From: Octopus sinensis
Taxonomy: Eukaryota
Length of the DNA: 64,000 nucleotides
Reading direction: 5' to 3'
Assembly: GCF_006345805.1 (NCBI RefSeq)
Contig: NC_043007.1
Coordinates: 27,962,001 to 28,026,000, forward strand
Shown here: positions 53,387 through 64,000 of the stretch, piece by piece
Layout of the letters: each line of letters starts with the position of its first letter
How positions within the stretch are numbered: the stretch's first letter is position 1
Program-made: the position numbers and the translations under genes
Notes under the pieces: model-generated
Told to the model about the DNA's origin: nothing
The model's database searches: none
What the model saw: the letters and a program-made list of their open reading frames with translations, nothing else

Positions 53387-54262
53387 GTTATACTTTTATG
53401 TATGTACGTACATACACGATGGCCCATTAAACCGTTACAATCCACCAAGTTCGATTCGCACAACGTATTCTCAAACTGAGACCATAATAATTGGTAATGA
53501 GCCAGTCTTCTTCCAGAGGATCGAAACCAGAACTGACTTTTTGCAAATCCTTGCTTCTTAACCATTTCTCCATGACCGCACATGTTATCGACTTTTTTGA
53601 CTGAGTATCATATTTGTATATAATTTTTCTCCTAAAATTTTATTTAATATTGGTGATTGTTTTATTTGTAATCACCATTGACAGTATTGGCAAATACTGT
53701 ATCAATATTTGTTATTGACAATATCGAGTTAAGAGGTTATTTCGACTCATTATTGTAGTTGTTATTTCATCGGTAACGTGTCCAAATTAAAACGCATCGT
53801 GGAAACATATTTTTTCCCTTTTTTTTTTTAATGACGATGTATAAATGGCTATGAATCTGGAAGTCTCGGAACAAAATTCATCGCTGAAATAACAAGAAAC
53901 TATAAATAACACGACAACAAATTTTCTTAACTGGTCGTACAGCCTAAGATAGTGTATCCCGATCAGGACAGCGCACCCCTAATAGGCCCCCGAAAGGTTT
54001 CCATTGGCACTAGATATATATTTTCTTAACTCAGTAAGTTTTCAGACAGTTTTAATTAGCTTAAATATTAAAATGTACTTCTGAGATTAGAATATCATTT
54101 TTTTAACTGACAAACACCTACCAAACAAGTGGGAGGATACAAAAGCAAATGTCCGACATCAAAAATTGGTGTTATGTTCCAAAGAGGTTCACTAGCATAA
54201 AGTTATCCAGACAGAAATTAAAGTCCCGTCGAGACAACTCGTCAGATAAATAAAATAAGATA

Positions 54263-54643
54263 CAGTAGAACCTCGCAGTACGAGTGTCTTGTTGTACGAG
54301 TAATTTGCTGTGCGAGCCGAGACTCGTGCGAATTTTTGTCTCGAAGTACGAGCGGAAATCCGCAGTACGAGCACACAAATCGTCCCATCTTTAAGGCAAT
54401 TCAGTTAATAAAACCAGTTTACATATTTCTTTCGCATTCTCTTTTTCTTATAATTGTCATTTTATTTGTAACTACACCTCTTCTGTTTTAAAACCCATAC
54501 AAAATTATTTTTGAGTGGTTGTGGTGGGCTGAAACGGATTAATAATATTTTAGTTAATTTCAATTGGGGAAAATCGATTTGTAAACCGTGTAAGGCGATG
54601 TCGGTCATGGAACGAATTAAACTCCTAATGCGAGATATCCCTG
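54263..54643. mobile_element. Tigger/pogo-like MITE
   Basis: TA|CAGTAGAACCTCG ... CGAGATATCCCTG|TA. Confidence 0.6.
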
Positions 54644-55357
54644 TAATAGTTAAATAATGGAAGAATATTTAAAAGACCAGTCCTTCAGCCTAAATTTGTA
54701 GCCACATGTCTACGTTAGAATGCATTGCATTTCTGAGTCGCATTACTGACCTGAAGATCCAGATAATTGATAGTAATGGTTGATGAACGAACTTGTAGTG
54801 TTTAGTCTTGCATTCAAATTCCATACAAATATTTTTTTTTAAAAATGAGATAAGAATAAATGAAAAAAAATGTGAGATAAGATTGGCCGTAGAATATTTT
54901 TGATCGACATTGACAAATAGAGGTGCATCAAAAACCATACCACATAAATTCTTCATTTATAAAGATTTGGGACGCCTATTAAAGATGTGCCATAATTATC
55001 GAATGACAATTAAGACAAATGAGGACAGAGTACTGAGGTAAGGGACGATTTTATTTTTGGAAGATGAGAGAACACTCGTGGAAACGTTTCTTGCACAATA
55101 GCCGTCAACACACAACGAAACACACGAATATATATATGTGTGCATATATATGTGTGTGTGTGTATAAACATATATATGTATGTATATATGATATATATAT
55201 ATATATATATATAATATATATATATATTCATATATATATATATATTCATATATATATATATATGCATATAAATATATATATTATATATGATATATATATA
55301 TGTATGTGTGTGTTTATATATATATATATATATATTGTGTGTGTGTGTGCGTGTATG

Positions 55358-55414
<57 letters not shown>

Positions 55415-55491
55415 TATATATTATATATATAAATATATATTGTATATGATATATAGGTGTGTGTGTATGTGTGCATGTATGTATGTAGTGC

Positions 55492-55534
55492 ATGGCACCT
55501 TGGGCAACAGACGGCAACTGAAAGAAGTCCGTCG

Positions 55535-55573
<39 letters not shown>

Positions 55574-55785
55574 TTGTTTGTATTTGTCCCCACTATCGCT
55601 TGACAGTATGTATATATATATGTATGTGCCTGTATATGTTTGTGTTTCTGTTTTTGTCCCCCAACATCGCTTGACAACCGATGCTAGTGTTTACGTCCCC
55701 GTAACTTAGCAGTTCGGCAAAAGAAAATGCAAGAATAAGTACTAGGCTTACAAAGAATATGTCCTGGAGTCGATTTGTTCGACTA
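55492..55785 (+). mobile_element. SINE family B, truncated, with internal deletion and duplication
   Basis: Homology. Confidence 0.65.
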
Positions 55786-56705
55786 AATGAATTTGAAGGC
55801 TGAATAAGAACCATAATCGCGTTTGGTCATGCTTGAGATTCCAGCCAGGGAGTGTACTAACCATTGCTTCTCACAGGACCCTACAGAGGTACCTGAGAAA
55901 TCTACACGCAGGCACCCCCACTGAGGAATGGTAGGCAGAAAATATGGATAAATGGATGAATGGATCTGTTGAACGGAAAGTTTTCAAAATTCGACAGAAT
56001 TGGAATTATCAACTCTGATTTAAATACAGAAGAAAAGAGAATTAAATTTTGGTAAAACTGTAAACAAATATCTCTTTCTAAACTATTATGCAACATGACA
56101 TTGGAATGTGAATTATATTCAAGAATCTGATAACATACATAGAAAGAAACCATCTGTTATATAATATTAAACATATTTTCCGGGTAGAATCGAAAGATAT
56201 TTTATATAGCTATTCAAATATCACGAAATATTTAGAAAGCAATTTCTTGTAAAGTTGAATTATAATGACTTACATTTCGATTTTGTCAAATTCTTCACCA
56301 AAGTTTTCTCCAGAGCCATGTGTCACAATCTACATGATGTCTGCGAAAATGACTGTTTGACATGTAAAATTGTGCTGGAGCTAATCAAACACGGCATCTT
56401 TATATCTATATGACTATTATGCATAACAAACATACATGCATAGAGAGACGCATAGGTATACAGGCTCACACACACGCGCACACGCACACACACATACACA
56501 CACACACAGACACACACATATGCATGTTTGTGTGTTCATGTGTGTGCACGTGTGTGTGAGTGTGTGTGTGTGTGTCTTACCGTAATATAACAGATGTTTT
56601 ATTCACATGTTAATATAAATTTTATTAATATTATATCTACCTAGAACAATTATGAATATAAGACACAAAAGAGAGAAACTGTCATATACTAGTGATGTCG
56701 TGTGG

Positions 56706-56744
<39 letters not shown>

Positions 56745-56827
56745 TATATACATATATACATATATACATATATATATATGTAAGTTTGGATTTTATTCCC
56801 TCAATAATAATTATATTTATATATATA

Positions 56828-56858
<31 letters not shown>

Positions 56859-56933
56859 CATATATACATATATACATATATACATATATATATAAAATAT
56901 ATGTAAGTTTGGATTTTATTCCTCAAATATAAT

Positions 56934-56975
<42 letters not shown>

Positions 56976-57607
56976 GTGTAAGTGTAGAGAAGGAGAGAGA
57001 GGCAGACATAGAGAGAAAGAGAGAGAGAGAGAGAGAGGGAGGGATTGAGAGTGAGTGAGATTAAAAGTATGTTTATGTCGGAGCAGATGTTTTCGTATAT
57101 TGTAAGCAATTATTTGCCACGGTTTCTACATAGAACAGGATTGCATGAGAAATGGAAATCATACAACACCAACGCGCCGACCTCGTCAGATGAATAGAAA
57201 ATATTTTACTTGTGTTTATAAATGTTTTAGCATTCACATGTTCAGTAAGAAAACTGTATGGTTGCTTTCTCAGTGCTTAGATGGCTTGCTTCTTTGTATC
57301 AACGGGTGAAATATTTCATGGGTAGGAATTTAAACTAGTAGTAGAGCGCTTAGAAACCCCTCATCTCGTAAAAAAAAATATGGATAGTAATTGTGTTTAA
57401 AGGGCCAGTCTTGTGATGTTCCGGATCACGCTGAATCTCCCACAGAACTACGTTAAGGGTACGTGTATCTGTGGAGTACTCGACCACCGATCAAGTGCAA
57501 GATTCAAGATCAGAAATTTTTCAGAGAAATTTTTTCAGAGTTATTTCGACAGAATCACTTAACTGCTGCACTATTTTATCAACCAGAATATTATTTTCTA
57601 TTCTTTG

Positions 57608-57793
57608 CACAAGGTCCAACATTTTAGGGGATGGGAACAATAGATTAGATCTACCCCAGTACGGAACTGCTATTTAATTTACCGACCCCGAAAAGCAATG
57701 GCGACCTTGGTAGATTTGGAACTCCGAACATACAGATGAAATGCCGCTAATTATTTCGCCCGGCGGGCTAACGATTCTGCCAGCTCGCCGCCT
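57608..57793 (-). mobile_element. SINE family C (C2), diverged
   Basis: Homology. Confidence 0.6.
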
Positions 57794-57949
57794 TATGAAT
57801 TTGAATATTGTATCATTGAAACCGGACACATGAGTATTTACAAAATTAGAAAGTTCCGACAGAGAATCGAAACCGCAACGAGAAAATTTCATAAACCACT
57901 GCGGAAGTGAAAAAGTTTCTTGTCACACAAAATTATTAAATACAAAATT

Positions 57950-57985
57950 GTTAGCTATATATGTATGTGTATGTATATATATATG

Positions 57986-58070
<85 letters not shown>

Positions 58071-58155
58071 ACAGATTCATACATACATTCATATGTATGT
58101 ATATACACACATATACATAGCTATGTGTGTATATATAAATATATGTATACATATA

Positions 58156-58191
<36 letters not shown>

Positions 58192-58288
58192 CATATATAT
58201 ATACATATATAAATATACATACATGTATACATATATATACATATATATAAATATATATACATGTATACATATACATATATATATATAT

Positions 58289-58328
<40 letters not shown>

Positions 58329-58332
58329 TATA

Positions 58333-58380
<48 letters not shown>

Positions 58381-58415
58381 ATATGTATGTATGTATGTAT
58401 GTATATATATCAGGT
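57950..58415. repeat. Large (TA)n/(TACA)n tract, one of dozens (others at about 2400-3300, 4450-4600, 12450-12530, 48330-48700, 55130-55450)
   Basis: Read directly from sequence. Confidence 0.9.
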
Positions 58416-58904
58416 GTGAAAGTGTTTGTGTGTATAGCCGTGGAGAAACATTAATAAAGACCTTATTGCCTATAGTGACAAGAGAATTGCTAATTAATTT
58501 TCGCCTACCATTCTGAAAGTTGCTACGAGAACTTGCTAGACAGTTGTTACGACAAAGATTTTATTGATATCCCTTCAAGACTACAAATGTATGCTTGAAA
58601 TACTAACTAGAATAATGAAATAGTTATGACTGGCGCTGTCTGACACTTGATAATGTATTTTTGAAGTGGGGAGCTTTAAGACAGCAACTAAGTGCCCTGT
58701 GGTACTTAGTTATGGTTCGTTACGTTGTGACTTCAAATCCCATCATAGTTAAAACAGGTTGAGAAATTGAAAAATTAATCAAGCACTGGGGTCATATTTG
58801 ATCCACTTATCTCCTCTCTTAAAATGTTCTTTTGTATCGACCTTACAAACTTAACTGTATCATTAACAAATGTGATAAAGCACCGGGTAAAATGCATATT
58901 TTTT

Positions 58905-59430
58905 CCTACTCTAGGCCCAAGGCACGAAATTTTGGGCGATGAGGCCAGTCGATTAAATCGGCAACAGTCCGTAACTGGTGCTTAATCTATCGACCCTGAA
59001 AGGATGAAAGGCAAAGTCGACCTCGGCAGAATTTGAACTCATAGCGTAAAGACAGACAAAATACCTATTTCTTTATTACCCACAAGGGGCTAAACATAGA
59101 GGGGACAAACAAGGACAGACATAGGTATTAAGTCGATTACATCGACCCCAGTGCGTAACTGGTACTTAATTCATCGACCCCGAAAGGATGAAAGGCAAAG
59201 TCAACCTCAGCGGAATTTGAACTCACAACGTAACGACGGACAAAATACCGCTAGGCATTTCGCCCGGCGTGCTAACTTTTCTTATTTCTTTATTGCCCAC
59301 AGGGAGCTAAACATAGAGGGGACAAACAAGAACAGACAAACGGATTAAATAGATTACATGGACCCCAGTGAATAACTTGTACTTAATTTATCGACCCCGA
59401 AAGAATGAATGGCAAACTAGACCTCACTGG
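58905..59430 (-). mobile_element. SINE family C multimer (184-bp period) mixing C1 and C2 tails
   Basis: TTTGAACTCA at 59032 and 59216. Confidence 0.8.
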
Positions 59431-59431
59431 G

Positions 59432-59898
59432 CTACAGCAAATATTCTGCTCAATACCACAGATTTGCTTGTCAGGTTTTTTATTTCTATTTTTGCCATAA
59501 CCATTTGAGTAAGTCCCTTAGTGGCTGACGATATGTGCATTTCTGATCACGAGCAGAAGTAGTGGGGGTGCATCATAAACTTGTGTTGAGAGGAATTCTT
59601 TGGAGTTTGAATTATTCACCACTGGAAACATGGGTGTTTCGTTCAACATACTAGCTACACTCATTTAGGGACCTCTCAAGCGGGATGGGCAACTCGTACC
59701 TGAAGAAAATTCTAACCGGACTCCACCTGCAAAGTCATGCGCTGTTTATCTTGATATGAGATCACCATGTCGTGCATATAGTGTTGTAATGCATGCGCCT
59801 GGTGTACCCTTATCCGACGGGTAGTCACTATGGGTATACTGGGTTTCGTATATTCGTACCCCAGTGTCACTTTGATGGCATGCACTGCTCTCTCACTC

Positions 59899-59978
<80 letters not shown>

Positions 59979-60105
59979 TAATAATAACACTTTCCATACA
60001 GTAACCATCAGAGCATCACAACAGATCACAGCACATACCCAAGGCACACAGAGCTGCGCTCGGTAGTGAAGTGAAAGCACGCTATAAAAATAAAGCTACT
60101 GAATA
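59432..60105 (+). mobile_element. Repeat E (about 59432-59897), (AAT)n, then family D 3' end (about 59985-60105)
   Basis: Homology to 32165-32700 and 23039-23280. Confidence 0.7.
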
Positions 60106-60792
60106 ATAATAACAATAATAATGATATTAATAATAATTGTTATTATACTTGTGTTTGCTTTGACATTTTTTTGTAAAACATTTTAGCCCAGCAAATTCTC
60201 TGACATGGAACGAAAGCAGCGGAGCAAAATAAAAACCAAAAATAAAAACCGTGGGAATATGAAATGGCTGCGAGATTAAATTGGTTGCCAACATAATGTT
60301 AGAATATTCTCACCCATTCGGTTTATTTAATATGTATTCAAAGAATACGTATGGTATATTCACCTATTCACATTCAAAAACACGTAATACCCTATGTCAT
60401 CTGCATCATTTGTGTAAAATGCAGAAATACCTCTAGTGTTGATGCATAAATGAACTTTCTTTCGATACCTGACAATCTCTTAAGTATATTGCAGTTCCAA
60501 GATGTGAAAAATAAATTATTTTAGACAGTTGGTAACTGGAAGTTCCTTAATGAATATTGATGGAAATGTCGCCAATAATGCGGCAGTTGCGTTCTTTTAT
60601 TCGCAATTACGAAAGACTCTAATAGGAATTTATACACTCTACTGTCTTATCGGTTACAACTTGAATATTTCAATTCATAACACAAACCGAGGATAACACC
60701 CCCATAAATTAAATTATAATCTAGAACTATGTAGATATTACGGTACATGAAGACAATTCATGGTTAAAAGCAACGAACTTTCAAAGAGGAAT

Positions 60793-61177
60793 GATGGAAG
60801 CACTCCGTCGATTACGACGACGAGGGTTCCGGTTGATCCGATCAACGGAACAGCCTGCTCGTGAAATTAACGTGTAAGTGGCTGAGCACTCCACAGACAC
60901 GTGTACCCTTAACGTAGTTCTCGGGGATATTCAGCGTGACACAGAGAGTGACAAGGCCGGCCCTTTGAAATACAGGTACAACAGAAACAGGAAGTAAAAG
61001 TGAGAGAAAGTTGTGGTGAAAGAGTACAGCAGGGATCACCACCATCTCTGCCGGAGCCTCGTGGAGCTTTAGGTGTTTTCGCTCAATAAACACTCACAAC
61101 GCCCGGTCTGGGAATCGAAACCGCGGTCCTACGACCGCGAGTCCGCTGCCCTAACCACTGGGCCATTGCGCCTCCAC
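60793..61177 (-). mobile_element. SINE family A (A2) with 13-bp TSD
   Basis: TTCAAAGAGGAAT at 60780-60792 and 61178-61190. Confidence 0.9.
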
Positions 61178-62880
61178 TTCAAAGAGGAATAATTATGATG
61201 AAACAGAAGAATACAAATGTACCCCAAACATGTATCGTTTCTTCTCTTATTTCTTTCCTCTTGTTTCTTCCTACACACTAACAATGGCTACGCGCGGAAT
61301 ACCTTTTCCTTCGTTTTTGTTTTTTTGGCGGTCTACTTATTGTGCACAACTTTTCTTTTTATTTTTTGTTGGTTTACATTTTGTCCATCACATTCCGAAT
61401 TTTTGTCTGAAACCTGCTGCAACCTCTGACGTTGTTCATCTCTCCGTCTCATACGCCTTAATCATTCCATATGCTGTTTAACCTAATTAACAGAACTTAT
61501 CCTTCCATCAACGGACGCCAAAATTCACCAAGCAGTAAATTTGAATATTCTATTACACCAAGAGTAGCAAACCCAAAATTTGATACGTTATATCAGGCCT
61601 GAAAATAGCAACAAACTTGGAAAGAATATCTTTAAAGGCAAGCATTAGATCAGAATGTAATTCATGGCAGAACTGAAATACACGCACCGAATCACGGTAT
61701 TTTGAATCATCAATTTTGTTTTTGTAAAACAATATTTTTATACGTATATTTGCCATATAAATATGGCTAACCCCTAAGGGTGGATGCTACTGTAGTTTGT
61801 AGCCCCAGGAGGACACCTCCTCCAGCTGGCTATAGACACACTTTCTGTGCCCTATCAGTTTTTTGCAAAGGGAAGCCATCCTTCCCGTCTTCAACTTATG
61901 ATACACACGGACTCGAGTTTCTGGGTATTGCCTCGTCATCGGCGTGTGACAATCACAGTTGTCGATGAGAAGCAGGTTCCCTTCACAAATACTTATCCCT
62001 TTTTCCAGTATCGATAGACGCTGATATCGAAAAAGTGTAAACAAGAAATAATAAAAATAAAGACAATGCTAAAAATTGAATATTTTTATAAGCTATAATA
62101 TTTAAATTAAACATCAGTTATAAGGAGCAAATTCCACAAATACAACCTGAAAATCCGTGGTATAACCAATCAATAGTGTCGAGTTTATTGATAGAGTGGG
62201 ACTGAACCCGGAACCATGGGGCTGGTAAGCAAGCTACTTACCACACAGCCATGAGAATTTGTGTACAGCTGCAAATGTATTTGGGTTTGTATGTATGCAT
62301 GTATAAACATACATGTATAAATGTATGATCTACGTATATTCGTGCGCCTGTGTGCATAGTTACACGCATATACTTTATTTCAGCTCACTCACATTAGCTT
62401 TTTTTTAATGAAACCAGTCGCCGTGGGACTCTCCAGAGTAACATCCGACTGAGCCAGACGGAATAAAATCGTTAGACACCAATGTAGAGCTGCGTACATA
62501 GCATATGTACACAGAGACACACTCTTATACACGCATAATTATATTTATGTTTTCTATCATAAGATATACATATATATTATATATACATACACATACATAC
62601 ATAGATGCATTTATGCGTATATATATATATATAGATATATATGTATATATACTCTGTGCGTTTGTCATTCGTGTTATATAAATTGTATTACATAAGACGC
62701 TACGGGGATGCATATAAAGTGACTTATTAAACGAATGGCAACAGGTGGATTTGTAGGAGTTAATATTAACTTGTTCACAGATAACAGCTCTCTTCAGCTC
62801 GCAAATAACATATATATATACACATATATATATGTATGTATGTTTATATGTATATATATATAGATATATATATATAGAGA

Positions 62881-63540
62881 GACTAGCAGTATCGCCCGGC
62901 GTTGCTCGGGTTTGTAAGGGAAATAACTATATAAGCATTTTTAGAGAGTTATAGCCAAAAAATAGCAAAATATGCATTAAAAATGGAAAAAATATGATGG
63001 TAAATTTTTTTTTAAATCGTTGACTCATCGTAGACATTTTTAGAGAGTTACTTCCCTTATATAATAGCGAAAAAATGCATTAAAATGGAAAAAAAACGAT
63101 GGTAAATTGTTTTTTAAATCGTAGACTCATGTAGACGCTTTCTTAGCCATTTCTGTTTTGGTGTCTTCAAGCCATGAAGTCGTTGTTCTAAAAGAACACT
63201 GGTCTCCTTGACAACGCATTACGACGTTGATTTCCTTACACTCCCTTCCCCACAGGTGCAGATGTGAGCGTGGACGCCAACTCCGCCGCCATCGACACAC
63301 GAAAAATTATGCATTAAAATGGAATTATGCATTAAAATGGAATAAAAAATGATGTTAAATTATTTTTAAAATCGTAGACTCATCGTAGACGCGCGCTAAT
63401 ATTCAGACGGGCTCGATATGAATCACGACTATAAGCTACCCGAATTTGGTTAAACTGTACCGCAAAATGTGGGAGTAGTTAGGAATCTAAATAGAAGGAG
63501 ACAGACACTCACACAACTACAGTTTTATATATATAGATAT
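62881..63540 (+). mobile_element. Non-autonomous Helitron/Helentron-like element with internal subrepeats
   Basis: 5' ACTAGCAGTATCGCCCGGCGTTGCTCGGG and 3' TTTTATATATATAGAT. Subrepeat ATGCATTAAAATGG...AAATCGTAGACTCATCGTAGAC occurs about 3 times. Confidence 0.55.
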
Positions 63541-63544
63541 ACAT

Positions 63545-63945
63545 AGCGCAGTAGTGGTGAGATATGACAGCAAAGAAAAGCATACATTCACTCTCTGCAT
63601 GCAATTAGACTCGGAAAGTTCGTGAGGAACCCATTGACCCAATTTGCTGACTTTTCCGATAGCACACAGGTGTCAATGAATGGTTGAATGACCAAATCCA
63701 AGCTTCTCTGCTAGTTCCTCAACAGTTACGATGATATTTTGTTCCACCAGGGTTTTCAGGATGTCCTTGTCGAGTTCTACAGATCTTCAGGATGAGGCTC
63801 GTCTTCTAGGCTGTAGTTTATGGCTCGGGATTTCTGGAACCACCATTGACACTGCCTTACGCTTATTGTCCAATCCCCATATACTGCATTAATATTTCTT
63901 GTACTTTGCACACATTTATATTCTGTTATTCTTTTATATGTTTCA
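63545..63945 (-). mobile_element. Mariner transposase N-terminal relic
   Basis: NINAVYGD.TISVRQCQWWFQK...SLEDEPH...ELAEKLG..HSTI...KLGQWVPHEL. Confidence 0.8.
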
Positions 63946-64000
63946 GCCTTGAGGTTGTGGCCATGCTGGATCATGTGTGTGTGTGTGTGTTGTGTGTGTG

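Overview
AT-rich, microsatellite-saturated animal genomic DNA. The repeat content resembles a coleoid cephalopod, probably Octopus (inference from repeat families, not verified). It holds one intact protein-coding gene: a 4-exon testis-specific Ser/Thr kinase (TSSK family) on the + strand. Exons are 12018-12305, 24379-24527, 37780-37987 and 43860-44141, giving a 927-nt CDS (308 aa) spread over about 32 kb. The rest is mobile DNA: at least three tRNA-headed SINE families with swappable modules, a full-length mariner, MITEs, an RTE LINE fragment, R4/Dong-like fragments in (TAA)n tracts, Helitron/Helentron-like elements, and many Penelope-like element (PLE) relics. The most notable signal, which the ORF track does not show, is about 15 complete or partial minimal type-I hammerhead ribozyme (HHR) motifs from several PLE-type families. 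They include a canonical-core pair in inverted orientation (36792-37014), recurring non-canonical cores (CCGANGA, CUGUUGA, an extra A after A9), and a palindrome folded around an HHR stem II. One PLE 3' repeat carries a tRNA-like Pol III A/B-box head upstream of its HHR, and the same unit occurs alone as a SINE-like copy just downstream of the kinase stop codon. Most ORF-track entries are microsatellite artefacts. Repeat boundaries were read by eye and are approximate to a few bases unless a TSD or TIR is given.
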